Source of the DNA: Hypanus sabinus
Taxonomy: Eukaryota
Length of the DNA stretch: 64,000 nt
Assembly: GCF_030144855.1 (NCBI RefSeq)
Contig: NW_026780455.1
Span: 1 to 64,000 of the forward strand
Direction of reading: 5' to 3'
The position numbers were made by a program, and so were the translations under genes. Shown here piece by piece: positions 37,759 to 52,225 of the stretch (positions are counted from its first letter, which is position 1; every line of letters begins with the position of its first letter). The notes beneath the pieces were generated by a model. It did no database searches. It worked only from the letters and a program-made list of their open reading frames with translations, and was not told the DNA's origin.

Positions 37759-40712
37759 GCCTTGGATGGAAACATTCTCAAATTGCAATTCTTTTCATCG
37801 TTAGCTCTTTGGAACAGAGATGGGGAGCAATTCGGTAAGAATGAGGCTGGTGAATGTGTGGTATTCATCGGAACGGACGGCTATGTTGGGCAGTTCATTG
37901 GGACGATTTGTAGCGGGGATTCATCGGCTCTTGATTCGTCGGGGCCTCAATGGATACGGGCAGAAGGCTCCAGAATGTGGATGGGAGGGATGGTAAATCA
38001 GTTTTGATGTAATGACGTAGAAGGCTGTGTGATCAAATGGCCGAAGTCAGCGAAGCATTGATATCAACCGATCGCTGGAATGGGCTCTGATTTTTCTCGC
38101 CAAAAGGAGTTGCAAACGGAAAGTGTTAAGAGAATAGTGAACTGATTAATGAACCAAGTATCACCGAGACGGAAATTCAACTCCTCTCCACTACAAACAT
38201 AAGAGAATAATAGCAATAGGAGCAGGAATAGTCCATCTGTTCGGTCTGGCATGCTCCGACAGTGAAGATGATCATGGCTGATCTGTCCACGGACTCATCG
38301 CCGCATAACAGTCTTTTCCTCAGAGCCCTTAATTCTTCTACTATTCCATCAACAATGACAACTTGTCTTAAATATATTTCATGAGCAAAACTCTATTGCG
38401 TCATTGTGCAGAGAAGTCCACGGATTCACCTGGTTCTGGGAGAAAAACAGTGCCTCCTCAGCTCCGTCTAAAATTTATAAACCAGAATCTTCAGGCTATT
38501 TCCCTGAATTATTGTCTTAACTCCCAGTGAAACAACTTTCCTACTTCTGTTTTATCTAACCCTTTAATACTATTAAATGTTTTTGTCAGATTTTTTCTCG
38601 CACTTCTGAATTCCAACCAGTACCAGCCCAGGCGAGTCAATTCCTCCTTATCGTCGAACCATCTCTTCTGTGCAATCAGCTGGTGAACTGGCTAAAAATC
38701 CAGTTGATCCTTCCTCAAATAGGAGACCAGAATTACACTGTCCTCCAGACACCGCCTCACCAGTACCTTCTGCAGACCGGTTGCTGTTAATTTCAATTCC
38801 TCTGGTAACGAAGACCAACGTCCCATTTGACTTCCTGAGAGCCTGCTACACTTGCAAATGAAACTTTTGTGTTCCAAGCACAAGTACTCCAATGTCACTC
38901 CGCACAGCAGCATACGGCAATCGTTTACCACTTAAATAAGGCACTTCCCAAGGAGGTGACCACGCATTCACCAACTTTGTGCTCCATCGTCCAGATGCTA
39001 GTGAATTCGCTTAACCCTTAACCATATCCCTCAGCAGGCTCTCAGTTTCCTAAGCACACTTTGTGACGGCATCAATCATGGCAGTGATGATGCCTGATGT
39101 GACCTCATACTCTTCAACAACTGAGAGGCTAGAGCTATTTATTTATCTATATAACCGTATAGCTATCGGTTTATTTATTTATTTAATTCATCGATGCTGC
39201 ACACACATACAAATTTTGGCAAAGCCAATTAATCCTGTGCTGACCCAAATTGACTCATCACTATGAGATTCAGAAAGAGCAGACGTTCTGGTCACCTCAG
39301 TACAGGAAGGGCGTGTAAGTTTCACAGCGGGTGCATAGGAAATGTATCACAATGTTGACTGGATTGGAGAGCATTCCCTGTGAGAAGAGTTTGTGTGTGC
39401 TCAGATTTGCTTCTCTTGGAATGAAGGGGCATGAGAGGTCACCATGGTGGGGGTATTGACAGGAGAAGAGGCTGAGATAATATTTGCCTGACAGAGAATT
39501 AATCGGGACACCGAGAGTACCAACACTGGACAGACAAATTCCGCAATGCATCGAAACATAGAAAACCGGCAGCACAACACTCGCCATTCGGACCGAATGC
39601 TGTACCGAAAATGTCCTTCCCTTAGAAATTACCCAGGGTTACGCATAGCCCTCTGTTTTTCTAAGTTCCATGTATCAACACAGGAGACTCTTCAAAGACC
39701 CTATCGTATCCGCCTCCCCCACTGTTGCCGGCAGCCCATTCCACACACTTACCACTCTCTGCGTAGAATACTTACACGACATATCCTCTGCACCTAATTC
39801 CAAATATAAAAATTGTGCCCTCTCGTACCAGCCGTTTCAGCCCTGAGAAAAAGCCTCTGACTATCCACACGATTAAGTCCTCTCGTCTTCTTGTACACCT
39901 CTAATCCTCCGATGCTCCACGGAAAAAAAAAAAAATAATTGAGTTCAGTCAACCTATTCTCATTCCCAATCCAGGTAAATCGCCTCTACACGCTTTCTAT
40001 GGTTTTCACATCATTCCTGTAGTGAGGCAAGTAGAAAAGAGCATAGTTCTCCAGGTGTGGTCTGAACAGAGTCCTAGATAGCTGCAACATTACCGCTCGG
40101 TTCTTATACTCAGTCCCACAATTGGTGATGGCCAATACACCGTATCACATTCTTAACCACAGAGTCAACCTGAGCAGCAGCTTTCAATGTCTCACCCAGT
40201 CGGACGACAAGATCCCTCTCAAACTTCACACAGCCATGCGTCTTTCCATTGAGACTATATTCTGCCATCGTATTTGACCAAGCAAATTGAACAACGACAC
40301 ATTTGTCTGGGTTGAAACCCATATGCCACTTTTGAGCGCAGTTTTGCATCCTATCTATGTCGCTCTGTAACCTCTGACACCCTCCACACTATCCACAACA
40401 TCCCGAACATTTGTGACATCAGTCAAGTTACTAATCTGTCCCTCCATCCATCAATGTCAATAATGAAATTCACAAAGAGCAGTGGTCCCACAACAGATCC
40501 CTGAGGCACCGCCCTCCACGCAGATTATTCCTCCTTATATTCTCAATAAGCCTTGCATGGGATACCTGATCACATTCACTCAGCCGAAGTTTCCGGAAGT
40601 GATACCGCTTTGAGAGAGCAGCTATGCAATTAGCGTGTCGTTAGAGGACAGGTATGAAAGAGAAGCTGACATATTTTCAACGATAATCAAGAGGATGAGA
40701 TGAGGAGCTTAC

Positions 40713-40893
40713 CAGGAACAGCTACAATGGCGAGTAGAGGGTAGTAAGTCACTTGGAAGGTCCAAAGAGCATACTCGATTCGAGAATCCAACGTCATCCA
40801 TTCATAATTTTCAACAAGATTTTGAAACGGCCCGAAAATATTCTTCGCGATTCCCGCAGAATTCCGCGAAGCATTTTGCAGATTATGATCCAT
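40713..40893 (-). pseudogene. GPR139-like GPCR copy 4, exon 1
   Basis: MDHNLQNAS...YYPLLAIVAVP+G, donor GTAAGC at 40712. Confidence 0.85.
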
Positions 40894-40988
40894 TGCTCGG
40901 ATAGTCCTGATTCCTGTTCCCGATTCAGCCTCTGTTCTCTTTCTATCTGAAACCCACTCGTCTCTAACAGCGTAGACTGTCGTCTCTA

Positions 40989-41200
40989 ACTGAATCTGTC
41001 TTTGTGAGGGAGACATATTAATAGACCAGGCAACCAGCAGCCACACCTACGCGGTGAAGTCAACCATCCCCACCGGCACTTTCTTCATTATGTTCGAAGG
41101 AATGACAGGTGCAGTTAACCCTTTATTTGCAGTCCTTCAGCGCAGCAATACAAATGCAGGCTGTAAGTGTATCTAATAGTCCCAGCAGTCTGCTGTCGAT
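40989..41200 (-). promoter_or_regulatory. Putative core promoter of copy 4
   Basis: TATTAAT (T at 41023) and TCAGT (A at 40991), 32-nt spacing. Confidence 0.45.
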
Positions 41201-44200
41201 GGATGCGTGTTGTATTTGTAAGAGGAACCAAAATTGAGAAACTTATTGAAATCCATATGCAGGTAGCTGCAGACAATTGTGAGTCCCTGATAACGGAGCA
41301 TGCGCGTTTGCAGCATTGAAAGCTCATAGCTCAAAGAAGGGAATGTGGTGTGGGAGCAGGGGAGAGGTGTAAAGCACAATCTGATGATGGGCGAATCATT
41401 ATTAATGGGAGCAGCAGGAGGGTCTCTGGAAAAAACGTCCAGGATATCTTTGATCGCACTAAACATTCATAAGTGGCAGGGTGAAAAGCCAGACGTCGTA
41501 GCCCACGAACGTACAAATGAAAAAGTTAGAACGAGGGACCTTATCTTCTTTATATGTGCTCAGATAGGGTACCAGAGACGCCAGGCAGAATAGCTGAATG
41601 TTTCTTTGCTGGATGCTGGAAGACATGCAGACCTCCAGTGTCCCTGACGACTACAGTTGCGAGAGGTGCGGTCAGCTGCAGCTACTGAATATCCGTGGTC
41701 AGGCTGGAAATGGGCGATCTCCAGATCATTTGGGAGGATGAAGTACGGACAGACAGAACATTTAGAGAGTCAGTGAAACCCAAGGTGCCGGACACAGGAG
41801 ACAGGATTTCAGTCAGGAAGGAGACACATCTGAACGGGTGTCAGTACTTCTATTTGAAATACTTTTTTTTCATGTGTGTGAACCTCCAAGCCGTCAGTCT
41901 GTGGCTTTGTTTTGCCATGTGCTCTTGTTTGTTTTCTTCCCCCATTTGCTTCTGTCCCCAATCCTACTCTACTCCGACTCCTGTATTACTGAGTACTCCG
42001 TCTCTCGTCTGTTTCACATTATGACCTGTCTTGCTGCCACTTCTGTCTCATTGTGTTCCACCTATCATCTGCCTCTCAGTTTATTGCTCAGTGTATCTTA
42101 GTACTGTGTTCTCACCTGGTGGTTGCCAGATTGTATCAATGAATCTTCCTGAGCCGTTCCAGCAATTGCATCCGTACTCTGTCCGTCTGAATATCGACTC
42201 TGCCCGTTCCCCGATTCTGAATTTTGGATTTGCATGCATGTTTTGATCTCTGCCTGAACTTTGACGGCGGCTTTGTTTGCTCTTCGGGATTTGTTATTCA
42301 AGTAATATCACAGTGTGCACAGGGTCTGCGATTGGATCCCTGATCCAGCGCCCTCACAGAGTTCAGTCACAGTGCTCGGGTCTCTATCACTCAGTTTGAC
42401 ACTGTGACTATGAAGGCAAGTGGGAGGTGTGTGTGGGGGGATGGGGAAGGCACTCTGTGGTGATGGAATATTCGTTAGGCAGTGGTGCAGACAGGAGGTT
42501 CTGTCGGCAACAACATCGTGGATATCTCGGATCCAGTCTGCAGCATTCTTAAGTGGGAGGGTGAACTGCTAGATGTCGCGTTCTCTGTAGGTGCCAATGA
42601 CATGAGTGACGATGTTCCTAACAAGCATTTCAAGGTGTTAAGAGCAAAGTTAAAGGGCAGGGCAGGCAGGGTTGTGATCTCCAGATTGCTCCCTCTGCCA
42701 CGTGCATGTCAGGTCGGAATCAGGAAGAGTTTGCAGATTAATAGGTTGCTAAAGTGTAATTTTTTTATATATATTCCTGTCCTCTGCAGATGGATGCCAA
42801 CATTGCAGTTGTGTTTCTCACTTTTCTACATACTTTCCTGTTGGAAATCCTCCCATGGGGCTCAGAAACTCTGATCTATTCAAAGTTCACCCCGTTGTTA
42901 AAATAGTCCATGCCTTTATTTCGTCCGCCCAAGTGTAAGACTGCGCACTACGCCACATTATATTCCTTCTGCAAATTCGTTTCCTATTACTCTAGTCTGT
43001 CGAATTCCTTCTGCAAGCGCCTTGCTTCCTCAGCTCTACCTGCCCGTCCATCTACCTTCGCAGGATCAGCAATTCCTGTCACAATACAATCAAACCCTTC
43101 ATTCAAATCATCGACGCACAACGGGATAAGAAGTGATCCCAACACCGAGTGCTAGGGAAGTCCACTGATCAGCGCTGCCCAATCAGAAAATCACCTTCGC
43201 AGTAATGTTTATGGACGTCTGCAGAGGGCCTCATTATCAAACACCACCAGGATAGTCTGAAAATTCCGAGCTGCTGCTCTTACTCTTACCGGTTGAACGC
43301 CAAAGTGGGTGCGGTCTTTCATCGATTCTGCCATGGTTATAATTCTATTAACAACACATTGAACATCCTAGCAAGAAAATGGACCTGGTAATAAAAAGAC
43401 CCTAGCCACGGAAAGCTCTCCTTAAATCTGCCATTCTAATTGGATAGTGAACAATCTTCGACAATAACCCAGCAGGCTGCCAGTAATTTTTTTCTCTCCT
43501 TTCTTGCTTAGCAGGGTTTTTTATTCACAAATTTTTCAGCTTTAAGATAACTTCTTTTTGATTATCTGAATATTTTATTCTCATGTCTCGTTTTTTTAAA
43601 GTTCTTTTGCTTTTGCCTGAGTCATTGATCTTTAGAACTTACTGAAGCCCTTCTGCAAATCACGTATTGGCTGGACGATTGAAGAGCACAGCCTGGTAGA
43701 CTTCCGTCTCCTGCCGCAGACTCCAGTCTGTTCTTCTCAGGAGAGAACACACTGCCACGATTTCTCTCGAACACGTGATCTTCCCATTGTGCCGTATTCT
43801 CTCCCCGTGTTATATCAATGCCCAATCTATCAACATGGTCAATGGTGAATTCCGAACTCTCCAGCTCTCTGTCAGTCGGATCACTGATCATGTGGTCTCG
43901 TATAAGTAAAATTATTTTTATTATCAAACTCTGTTACGTTACTAAATACTTCCTTGAGGTTACTTTCTTACTGGCATTCAAAGCACAACAGAGAAATGCA
44001 ATTTCTGTAACAACTGTGTGCAAAGCTGTTGTGTGGGAAATGCTGCTCCGTTCCCTCCTTCCCGATGACAGCAGCGAGAAGAGAGCATGTCCTGGATGGT
44101 GGAGGTCCTTGATGATCGATACTGCATTTTTCAGGTTACGCTCCTTGAAGATGTGCTCAGCGGTGGGGAAGGCTGTTACTGTGATGGACTGTGCCCAAGA

Positions 44201-46149
44201 TTTTCTGTTCCTAAGCACTGGCCTACCGATAACAGGACGTGACGTAATCAATGATCATCCTCTTGACGGTGTCTGGATAGAGGTCTTTGGATGTTTTGCA
44301 GGCCAGGAAAACATGTAGTCAGACAGTAAAGGTCTGTCTTTCCTTCTTGTTGCACTTGGCTTCCTAAACTTTCTGTAATTTTTCCTGCGCGGAATCCTCG
44401 CAAGGGGCTCTGCACCATTTCTTGTTTCATTGTTCTCCCCATTGTTAAAATAGTCCAGTTCTTCAAAGGTCAGGATCCTGCAAGGTATAAGCACAGATAG
44501 GGCAATCCACCATAACCGTCCGTGTTAAGGCATATGAACGGGGTTAATATTGTTCCAAATTAATAATTACAACAAGTATCCTCACAGTCTTTTCAGAGCA
44601 GTATTTCAATAAATAGCCAGACAAACAAAATATTTCTGTAGTTTTCCACAACGCGACAACTCTATGCATCTCTTGAATACTCCGAAAGCTCTGATTCATT
44701 GAGAAATGAGCGTGTTGTGGTCAGATTTCATCAGTGTTGGGGTGAGTGAAGCTGTCCACTCTGGTTCTAGAACTTGATGTTTGAAATGTCACAACCGCTC
44801 CCTAACCTGAAATAAGCGTCTGCATTACTGTGATATTCTGATACTGCTGCAACTAATTTTCTGCTAATAATCAATTTGATTCTGTTTTTCTGTTATTGTC
44901 TTGTTTTTATCTACCACTTTGTTTGATTGCGAGTAAGACAAACATAGTTTCATTGTGTCCATGTAAAATGACAACACAGATCATTCAATTCAGTTCATTT
45001 CAATTAAGTCCCCTATTCAAAGAAACATAAAACCAAACATAACACCAAAAATGCAGCAAGGTCCTGAGGAGCTGCGGCCAAGAAGGCATCCTTACTTCTT
45101 TATTTCCTGAAAGGACAGGAGAATCCACCAGGAATGCGAGACTCTCCGCAATACTTAAACGATCCTGTCCTTTCATAACCAATAGATAATCATTTTCCAG
45201 ACTATACTGTTACATAGAATATAACAACTTGTTGAAATAGATTGAAATCAGTCTGCATGTCATTCTGTTTAAAACAGAGGTTGGAAGGTCCTTATGTTAT
45301 GGCAGAGGTTGAACATCCGTTGATTACAAAGGGTTTCAATAGTTACCGATAGAAGGCAAGAAAATGTGGTTAAGAAGAATAATGTATCAGTCCTGAAGAC
45401 AAGAGAAACTTCCAGTGGGCGCCATTTCAATCAGAAAACGTCTTGATAACGGGAGAGCTCAGACGACAGTGGTCTTCTTACTCTTACCGCCTGAGCGCCA
45501 ATGTGTGTGCGGGCTTTCCTCGATTCTATCATGCTTATTATTTACTATTAGGTGTTTATTGTGTATGCTCGCAAGAAGATGCATCTCGTGGTATCCAGAA
45601 ACGTATATGTAGTGATTTCACCCAGTTTAGTGTTGCTGCTGTGTAATTTGCAAACTGTTACAAATTAGTAGCATGAAATAACAAACGATTAAAGGGATTA
45701 TATGTATGAATCTTAAGGTTAGTAATGAGGAACAAAAACAAAAAGAAAAGCACGTTCGAAATTAAAAAGTCGAACATGCACAATTTGAAGTTAATCGCTC
45801 TCAGTGCATCTCGGCCAGACGGGTCTCCCAGCGGATTAAATCCTCCGATCTGCTCTCCCAGCGTCTCCGTTCTTCATCTACAGCCGAACCAAAAAAAAGA
45901 AAAATAAAACAGCACCGGCTTTGGTTTCCCTCGCCAAGAAAAGCTCCCCCTAAATCTACCGTACCAATTCAAAAGCACGCATTCGTTTTCTTCAGCAGTG
46001 ATTCAAACATATTGTCAGCAGAACAGACTGCTCTTACGGAACCGTAAATAAAATACATACAACATGCCAATAAATGTATGAGGCAGGGCATGAAACTACA
46101 TTGATAATCATAGTGCTTTGAATTTTGAACTGAGAACGTAATCACGCGC

Positions 46150-46240
46150 AAAATGCTCGCGAAACTCATCAGGTCAGACAACATCTCCTGACGTGAATAA
46201 GCGCTCGACGTCCCAGGCCGAGACCATTCATTCGGACTTG
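46150..46240 (-). repeat. Penelope-type terminal repeat, degenerate hammerhead (paralogue of 10663-10762)
   Basis: Reverse complement caagtccgaatgaatggtctcggcctgggacgtcgagcgc. Confidence 0.45.
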
Positions 46241-46379
46241 ACATCAGCAATGTAGGTTTTCCCTCTACAAACTTTTAATCAGTTCCATGTACTTCAACGA
46301 CATTTGCAACTAATCAACGTGCTGCTGAGCCTAAGCAAACCGTATTAAAATATCCATAACTCGCTCCGTTTGAAGACCA

Positions 46380-47640
46380 TAGGAACTGAAGTCCATGATA
46401 TATAGGAACAGAATTAGACCATTTGGCTGTCTGCTCAATCATGGCTGATCCTTTCTTTCGCTTCCACACCGCCATTCCGCGGCCTTCTCCCCATAACGTT
46501 TAATGCCGTGTCCAATCAACAACCAATAGATCTCTGCCTTAAATAAGCCCAAGAAGATGGCCTCCACAGATGTATGGGCAAAAAAAAATCCACAAATTCT
46601 CCATCCCCTGGTGACAGAATGTTCTCCTCTTCTCTGTTTTAAATGGACGCTTCTCTATTCTGAGGCTGAGCCCTCTTGTCTCAGTCACCCGAACCTTGGG
46701 AAGCTTCCTATCCACATCCACTCAGCCTAGGATTTGCAACATTTGGCAGGTTGAAATGAGATCCCACCTCATCCTTCTGAAATTCCAGGAAGTACAGTCC
46801 CAGACCCCACAAGCAGTAAAAACATTATAATCATTTCATCCCTGGAATCAGGCTTGTGAACCAGCACTGGGACCTCTCCAATGCCGGCACACATTTTGTT
46901 AGATGAGGATCCGAAAACTGTTCACAATCCTCGCGCAGTGCTGCAGCACTGCCTTCTCCATCTTCAGCATCGTATCACCGTTCCTGTATCCTAGATCTCT
47001 TGAAATGAATGTTAACATCATAGTTTCCTTCCTTACATACGAATCCATCTGCATGTAAACCATTTCGGATTCTGACAATGACTCCGAATTCCCTTTTGCT
47101 CCGCAAATTTGTGGATTTTCTCCAAGATTAACAACTAATCTGCATATTTATTCCCGCCACCAAAGCGTATGCATATGCAGTTACTTGTACGTTGTAATTT
47201 CAGTAACCACCTCATTGCCAATTCTAATCGGTCTGAGGTCCTCTGCATAATAAGTATTTCCTCAGCAGCACCAACCCCGACACAAATATTTGGAGCATGT
47301 GCAAACTTGGCAACAAACCCATCTGCTCCAGCATCGATCTCGTTGACATCGAACAAAAAGAGGTGGTTCTTACATCGACACGTTCGGAACACCGCTCGTC
47401 ACTGGAAGCCAACCAGAAACGGATCCTCTAATTTCCACTCGATTGCTCCCACCGTTCAACCAATGATCACGGTATTTCTTGTAATACCATGGACTTTTAA
47501 TTTGGTAAGCAACCTCATGTGTGGCATCTTGTCAAAGATGTTTTGAACTTCCAAATACACAACATCTACTGTACTCCCTTTATCTACCCTACTTGTATTT
47601 TCTTCAAGGAAATCCAGCGGTTTCGTCAGGCAAGATTTTA
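46380..47640 (-). mobile_element. Degraded CR1 fragment
   Basis: KSCLTKPLDFLE..VDVVYLEVQNIFDKMPH; VAKFAH. Confidence 0.75.
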
Positions 47641-47769
47641 ACAAATTTCTGAGATAGGAGAGTCCCTTGGGCCTGATGATATCTGCGCAGATACTGAGGG
47701 AGACAGAAGAAGAATCAGCTTGCTCCTGTCTTGCCCTCTGTTACCTGAACCTTAAAAATTGAATCGAAA

Positions 47770-50700
47770 ATCTTCCGAATCACGAAGTCTATCAGGTGTG
47801 GGAGGTCTTGGAGTTTCCTATCCTCCCGGACGGCCATATCTGGACCCGGTGTGTCGAGCTGCAGTTGATGACCTTCGAATGGTCAGGGAGAGCGAGGAGG
47901 AGATGGAAATGAGTTATAGGCAGGTGGTAACACTGGGGACACGGGAGACAGACAATTGGACACAGTCAGGAGAGGGCAGTGGTAGGGTCAGGTACTAGAG
48001 AGTACCCCTATTGTAGTACATCTTCACAATAAGTACTCCTTTTTGAGTACTGTTTGAGGGTTGGGGACAACCTACCGGGGGGGGGGGGGGGAAGCAACAG
48101 TGGCTGTGCCTCTGGCACAGTCCGGCCCTGTAGCTAAGAAAGTGAGATAATGGCAGGGGAAGGCAGTAGCGTTAGGGGCCCCTATAGTCGGGGGTCATAA
48201 AGGCGATTCTGTGGACGCAGGAAATAAGCTCAGATGGTAGTTTGACGCCCTTGGTCCAGGATGTTTGAGATCGTATACACGAGAAGAGGGGTGAACAGCC
48301 AGAGGTAGTGGTACATACTGATACAAATAACATAGGTAGAAAAAGCTAAGAGGTCCCAGTAAAAGACTACAGAGAGTCAGGAAGTAATTGAGATGCAGGA
48401 GCGTAAAAGCAGTAATGTAGGTATTGCCTCTGCCATGCGACAGTGAATATAGGAGTAGAATGACGCGGTGGATAAATGCGTGGCTGAGGGTTTGGAGTAG
48501 GGGACAGAGAACCAGATTTCTGGACCACAGGGACCTAATTTGGAGTTGTGTGACCTGTACAAAGGACGCGTTTCACTTGAATCCCAGGGGGACCAACATC
48601 ATGATGGGGCGTTCTGCTGAGACTAATGCGGAGAGATCCTACTAGTATTGATGAGGGGCGGAACCCGAACTGAAGAGGATCCGAACCCGGAGACTGAAGA
48701 AGAGGAGGTGGCTCACAAATGGAAACAGCTTGTCGACAGTGCGTGAGGGAGGACAGACAGGTGAAAGAGAAGGGACGCTCTCAGAACGAAGTTTTGAGAT
48801 GAGTCTATTTCAACACACTGAGTATTGCCAACAAAGCGGATGAGCTCAGAGCGTGGATCAGAACTTGGATCTATGATGTGGTGGCCATTACAAGGACTTG
48901 TGTGGCTCAGGGACAGGGTGGGAGGCAAAGAGGAGGGGGTGTGGCGCTGCAGATCAGAGGGAGTGTCACGACTGCAGAGAAGTTGGACGTCATGTAGGAA
49001 TTGCATACGGAGTCTCTGTGCGTGGAGTTTAGGAACAGGAAGTGTGAATATCTCTACTGGGAGCTTTCAGAGGCCGCCGAATATAAACAGGGATAAAGAG
49101 GCGGAGATAGTGAACGAGATCCTGGAACGGTGTAATAATAGCAGAGCTATCTTGATTGGAGATTTTTAATTGCCCTCTTAGAGCGTTCAGTTCACTCCGT
49201 ATCTCAAAGGCATTGTAGGTCGATATGTCAATGATGTTATGGGAAATGGCGAGGGGCAAGCGGGCTGTTCTCCTCTTGCAGCTGTACGTACTTGTTACTT
49301 CGTCAAATCTGACCAATCCTTTTTTGGCATTGACGCAATCCCTGCAGCGAGTGTTTCGATGGGTTAGAGTTTGGTAGGTGTGTTCATGACGTTTTCTTTA
49401 CCAAATATGCAAATAAGCCTACAAGAGTGGAGACTGTACTTGGTTTTGTATTTGGAAATGAATCTAGGCGTATGTCAGAACACTCAATGGGAGAGCATTT
49501 GGAGATAGCGATCATAATTCTATCTCATTTACAATCTCATTGGAGAGAGGTAGGAACAGACAAGTTAGAAAAGCGTTTATTTGGACAACGAGGAATTGTG
49601 AGGATATCTGAGAGGAAATTTGAAGCATAAATTGGGAACAGGTTTTTTCAGGGAATTGTATGTAAGAAATGTGGCAAACGGTCAGGTTATATTTGCGTGG
49701 ACGCCTGCATAGGGACCTTACAAAGAGAGGGGAGGTATGCAGGGTAACGGAACTGTGGTTTTCTAAAGCAGTAATAAAGCCAGTCAAGAAGAAAAGAAAA
49801 GCTTACAAAAGTTTAAGAGAGCATGGTAGTGTTAGAGATCTATAAAATTATAAGACAAACAGCATGGAGCTTATGAAAGCAAATCGGAAGTTCAGTGGGG
49901 CTTATGTGAAGGCCTTGGCGGGCAGGAAGCAGGAAAGGCCCAAGGCATTCTCCAAGTATTTCAAGAGCAAGAGGATAAGACATGAATGAATAGGTCCTAT
50001 CACGTGTGACAGTGGGAACGTGTGTATGGAACCGGAGGGAATAGCACAGCTACCCAATGAATTCTTTACTTCAGTATTAACTATGGAAAAGGATTTTGGG
50101 GACTGTAGTCACGACTCGGAGCAAACTGAAAATCTTAGGCATCTACATATTAAGAAAGAGGATGTGCTGGAGCATTTGGAAGGCAGCACGTTGGAAATGT
50201 CGCCTGGGCCAGATGTGTTGGACCAGGTAACTGCGGAAGGCGAGGTAGGAGATTGCTCAGACTCTGTCGATGATGTTTACATCATCACTTGGGACGGGAG
50301 AGGTTCCGGAGGATGGGAATGTTGGGGATGTTGTTCCTTTATTCAAGAAAGGGACGAGAGATAGCACAGGAATTAATAGACCGGTGAGTCTTACTACAGT
50401 GGTGTGTAAGTTGATGATGACGATCCTGAGAGGAAGTATTTATAAACATTTGGATAGTTATAATATGACTAGTAATAGTCAGCATGGAATTGTCAAGGGC
50501 AGGTCATGCCTTACGAGCCTGATAGAATTTTTTGAGGATATGACTATATATGTAGGTGAAAGAGGTGCAGTAGCTGTCGTGTATAAGGGTTTCGGCAAGG
50601 CTTATAATAATGTACCCCATGCAAGGCGTAAAGTGGAAGTATGGTGGAATGGGATGCAAGGGGACTTTACTTCGTGGATTCAGAACTGGCATGTACACAG

Positions 50701-51710
50701 AAGGTAAAGAGTGGTTGTAGACTGGTAATATACTGCGTGGAGGTCGGTCACCAGTTGTGTGCCTCAGTGATCTGTGCTGACACCCTTACACTTCGTCATT
50801 TTTATAAATATCCGGTTTCGGGAACAGGAAGGATGGGTTGGTAAATTTTCTTATCACACAATGGTTGGAGTTGTTGTGCGGAGGGCGGAGTGCTGTCACA
50901 GGTGACTGCGGGACATTGATAGGATGGAAAGCTTGGCAGAGAAATAGCAGATTGAATTCAATCCAGGTACGTGTGAAGTGATTGATTTTGGTAGGTCGGA
51001 TATAATGGCAGAATATACTACTAATGGTAAGACACTTGCGGTCCGAATCCATAGGACGCTCAAAGCAGCTGCACAGGTTGACTCTGTGGTTAAGAAGGAA
51101 TACGGCACTTTCGCCTTCATCAATCGTGGGATTGTGTTGAAGAACGGAGAGGCAATGTTGCAGCTTTTGGACCCTGGTCAGACCCCACTTGTAGTACTGT
51201 GCTCAGATCTGGTCGCTTCACTAAAGGAATGATGTGCAAACTATAGAAAGGGTGTAGAGCAAATTTACAAGTATGCTGCCTGGATTGGGGGCATTCCTAA
51301 CGGGAATAGTCCTTTGCTCGTTGGAGCGATGGAGGATGAGTGGTGACCTCATAGAGCTGAATACGATGAAGAGAGGCTTTGATCATGTGGATAGTCAGAG
51401 GCTTTATCCCAAGGTTGAAATGGCTATAACGAGAGGACACTTCTTTACGCTGTCGGAAGCAGGTACAGAGAAGATGTCAGTTTATGTTTTCCACGCAGAG
51501 ATTGGTGAGTTTGTGGAATGGGCTGCCAGTAACGGTGGTGAAGGCGGATACGATAGGGTCTTTTAAGGGACTCTTGGATAGGCACATGGATCTAAATAAA
51601 TAGAGGCCTATCGATAACACGAGATAATTTATAAAGCAAGTAGTTGCTCGGTACTGCCGTGTGTTCCGAATTTCTTGTAATGTGTTGTAGATTTTCTATG
51701 TTTATGTAAT
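47770..51710 (+). mobile_element. Near full-length degenerate CR1 LINE
   Basis: ORF1 remnants (47800-48650), endonuclease ILIGDF, RT RPVSLT..QHGIVKGRSCLTSLIEFFE, 3' tail ttctatg at ~51695. Confidence 0.85.
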
Positions 51711-52225
51711 TGTTAACTAATATTTTCTGTTTGTCAACTGAGCATATCATTCCATTTCCTCAAAGGCACATGCCAGTCTCGACTTCTTTTAAAGGCCGCT
51801 TACTCTTTTGTCCCGACCACCACACCAGGAAGTGCATCCTATCTATCCACGACTCTCTGTGTAAACGTCTTGCCCTTTACAGTGCTTTGGAAATACCGCA
51901 TGTAATTTGCCTGGCATTTTGGGCATGTTTGTAAATAAATATTTTTGTTTTTGTGTCGTCTGCAAGATTATTAATCCGTTTATTTGCAGATATCCGAATC
52001 AGTTATATGTATCACAATCCCCGGAAGGTCTCACTCAAGCACATTAACTATGGACTATTCCTTATGTGTTGTGGTTAAAATGCGATACTTGGGTTACAAC
52101 ATAAATTCTCTGCATCACAATCTGTCATCTCCCGGCAGTATACATATATACGTTTGTATTTTTGCAGATGAGTGAATCAAACAGCAGAGTTACTGAATTA
52201 CCTGTCCACGAACAGGTGTATCGAC

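Larger units (their letters stand above)
36874..44350 (-). repeat. Right arm of inverted segmental duplication (carries GPCR copy 4)
   Basis: Reverse complement of 19380-28584, with indel and TE differences. Confidence 0.85.

Noticed and set aside
37408-38007. Antisense ORFs over receptor exons (also 8682-9119, 27757-28068)
   Set aside because: Shadow frames of GC-rich coding sequence; lengths are not conserved between paralogues.
45605-45925. Independent insertions at the same paralogous site (with 62290-62790)
   Set aside because: Could not define termini or TSDs by eye.
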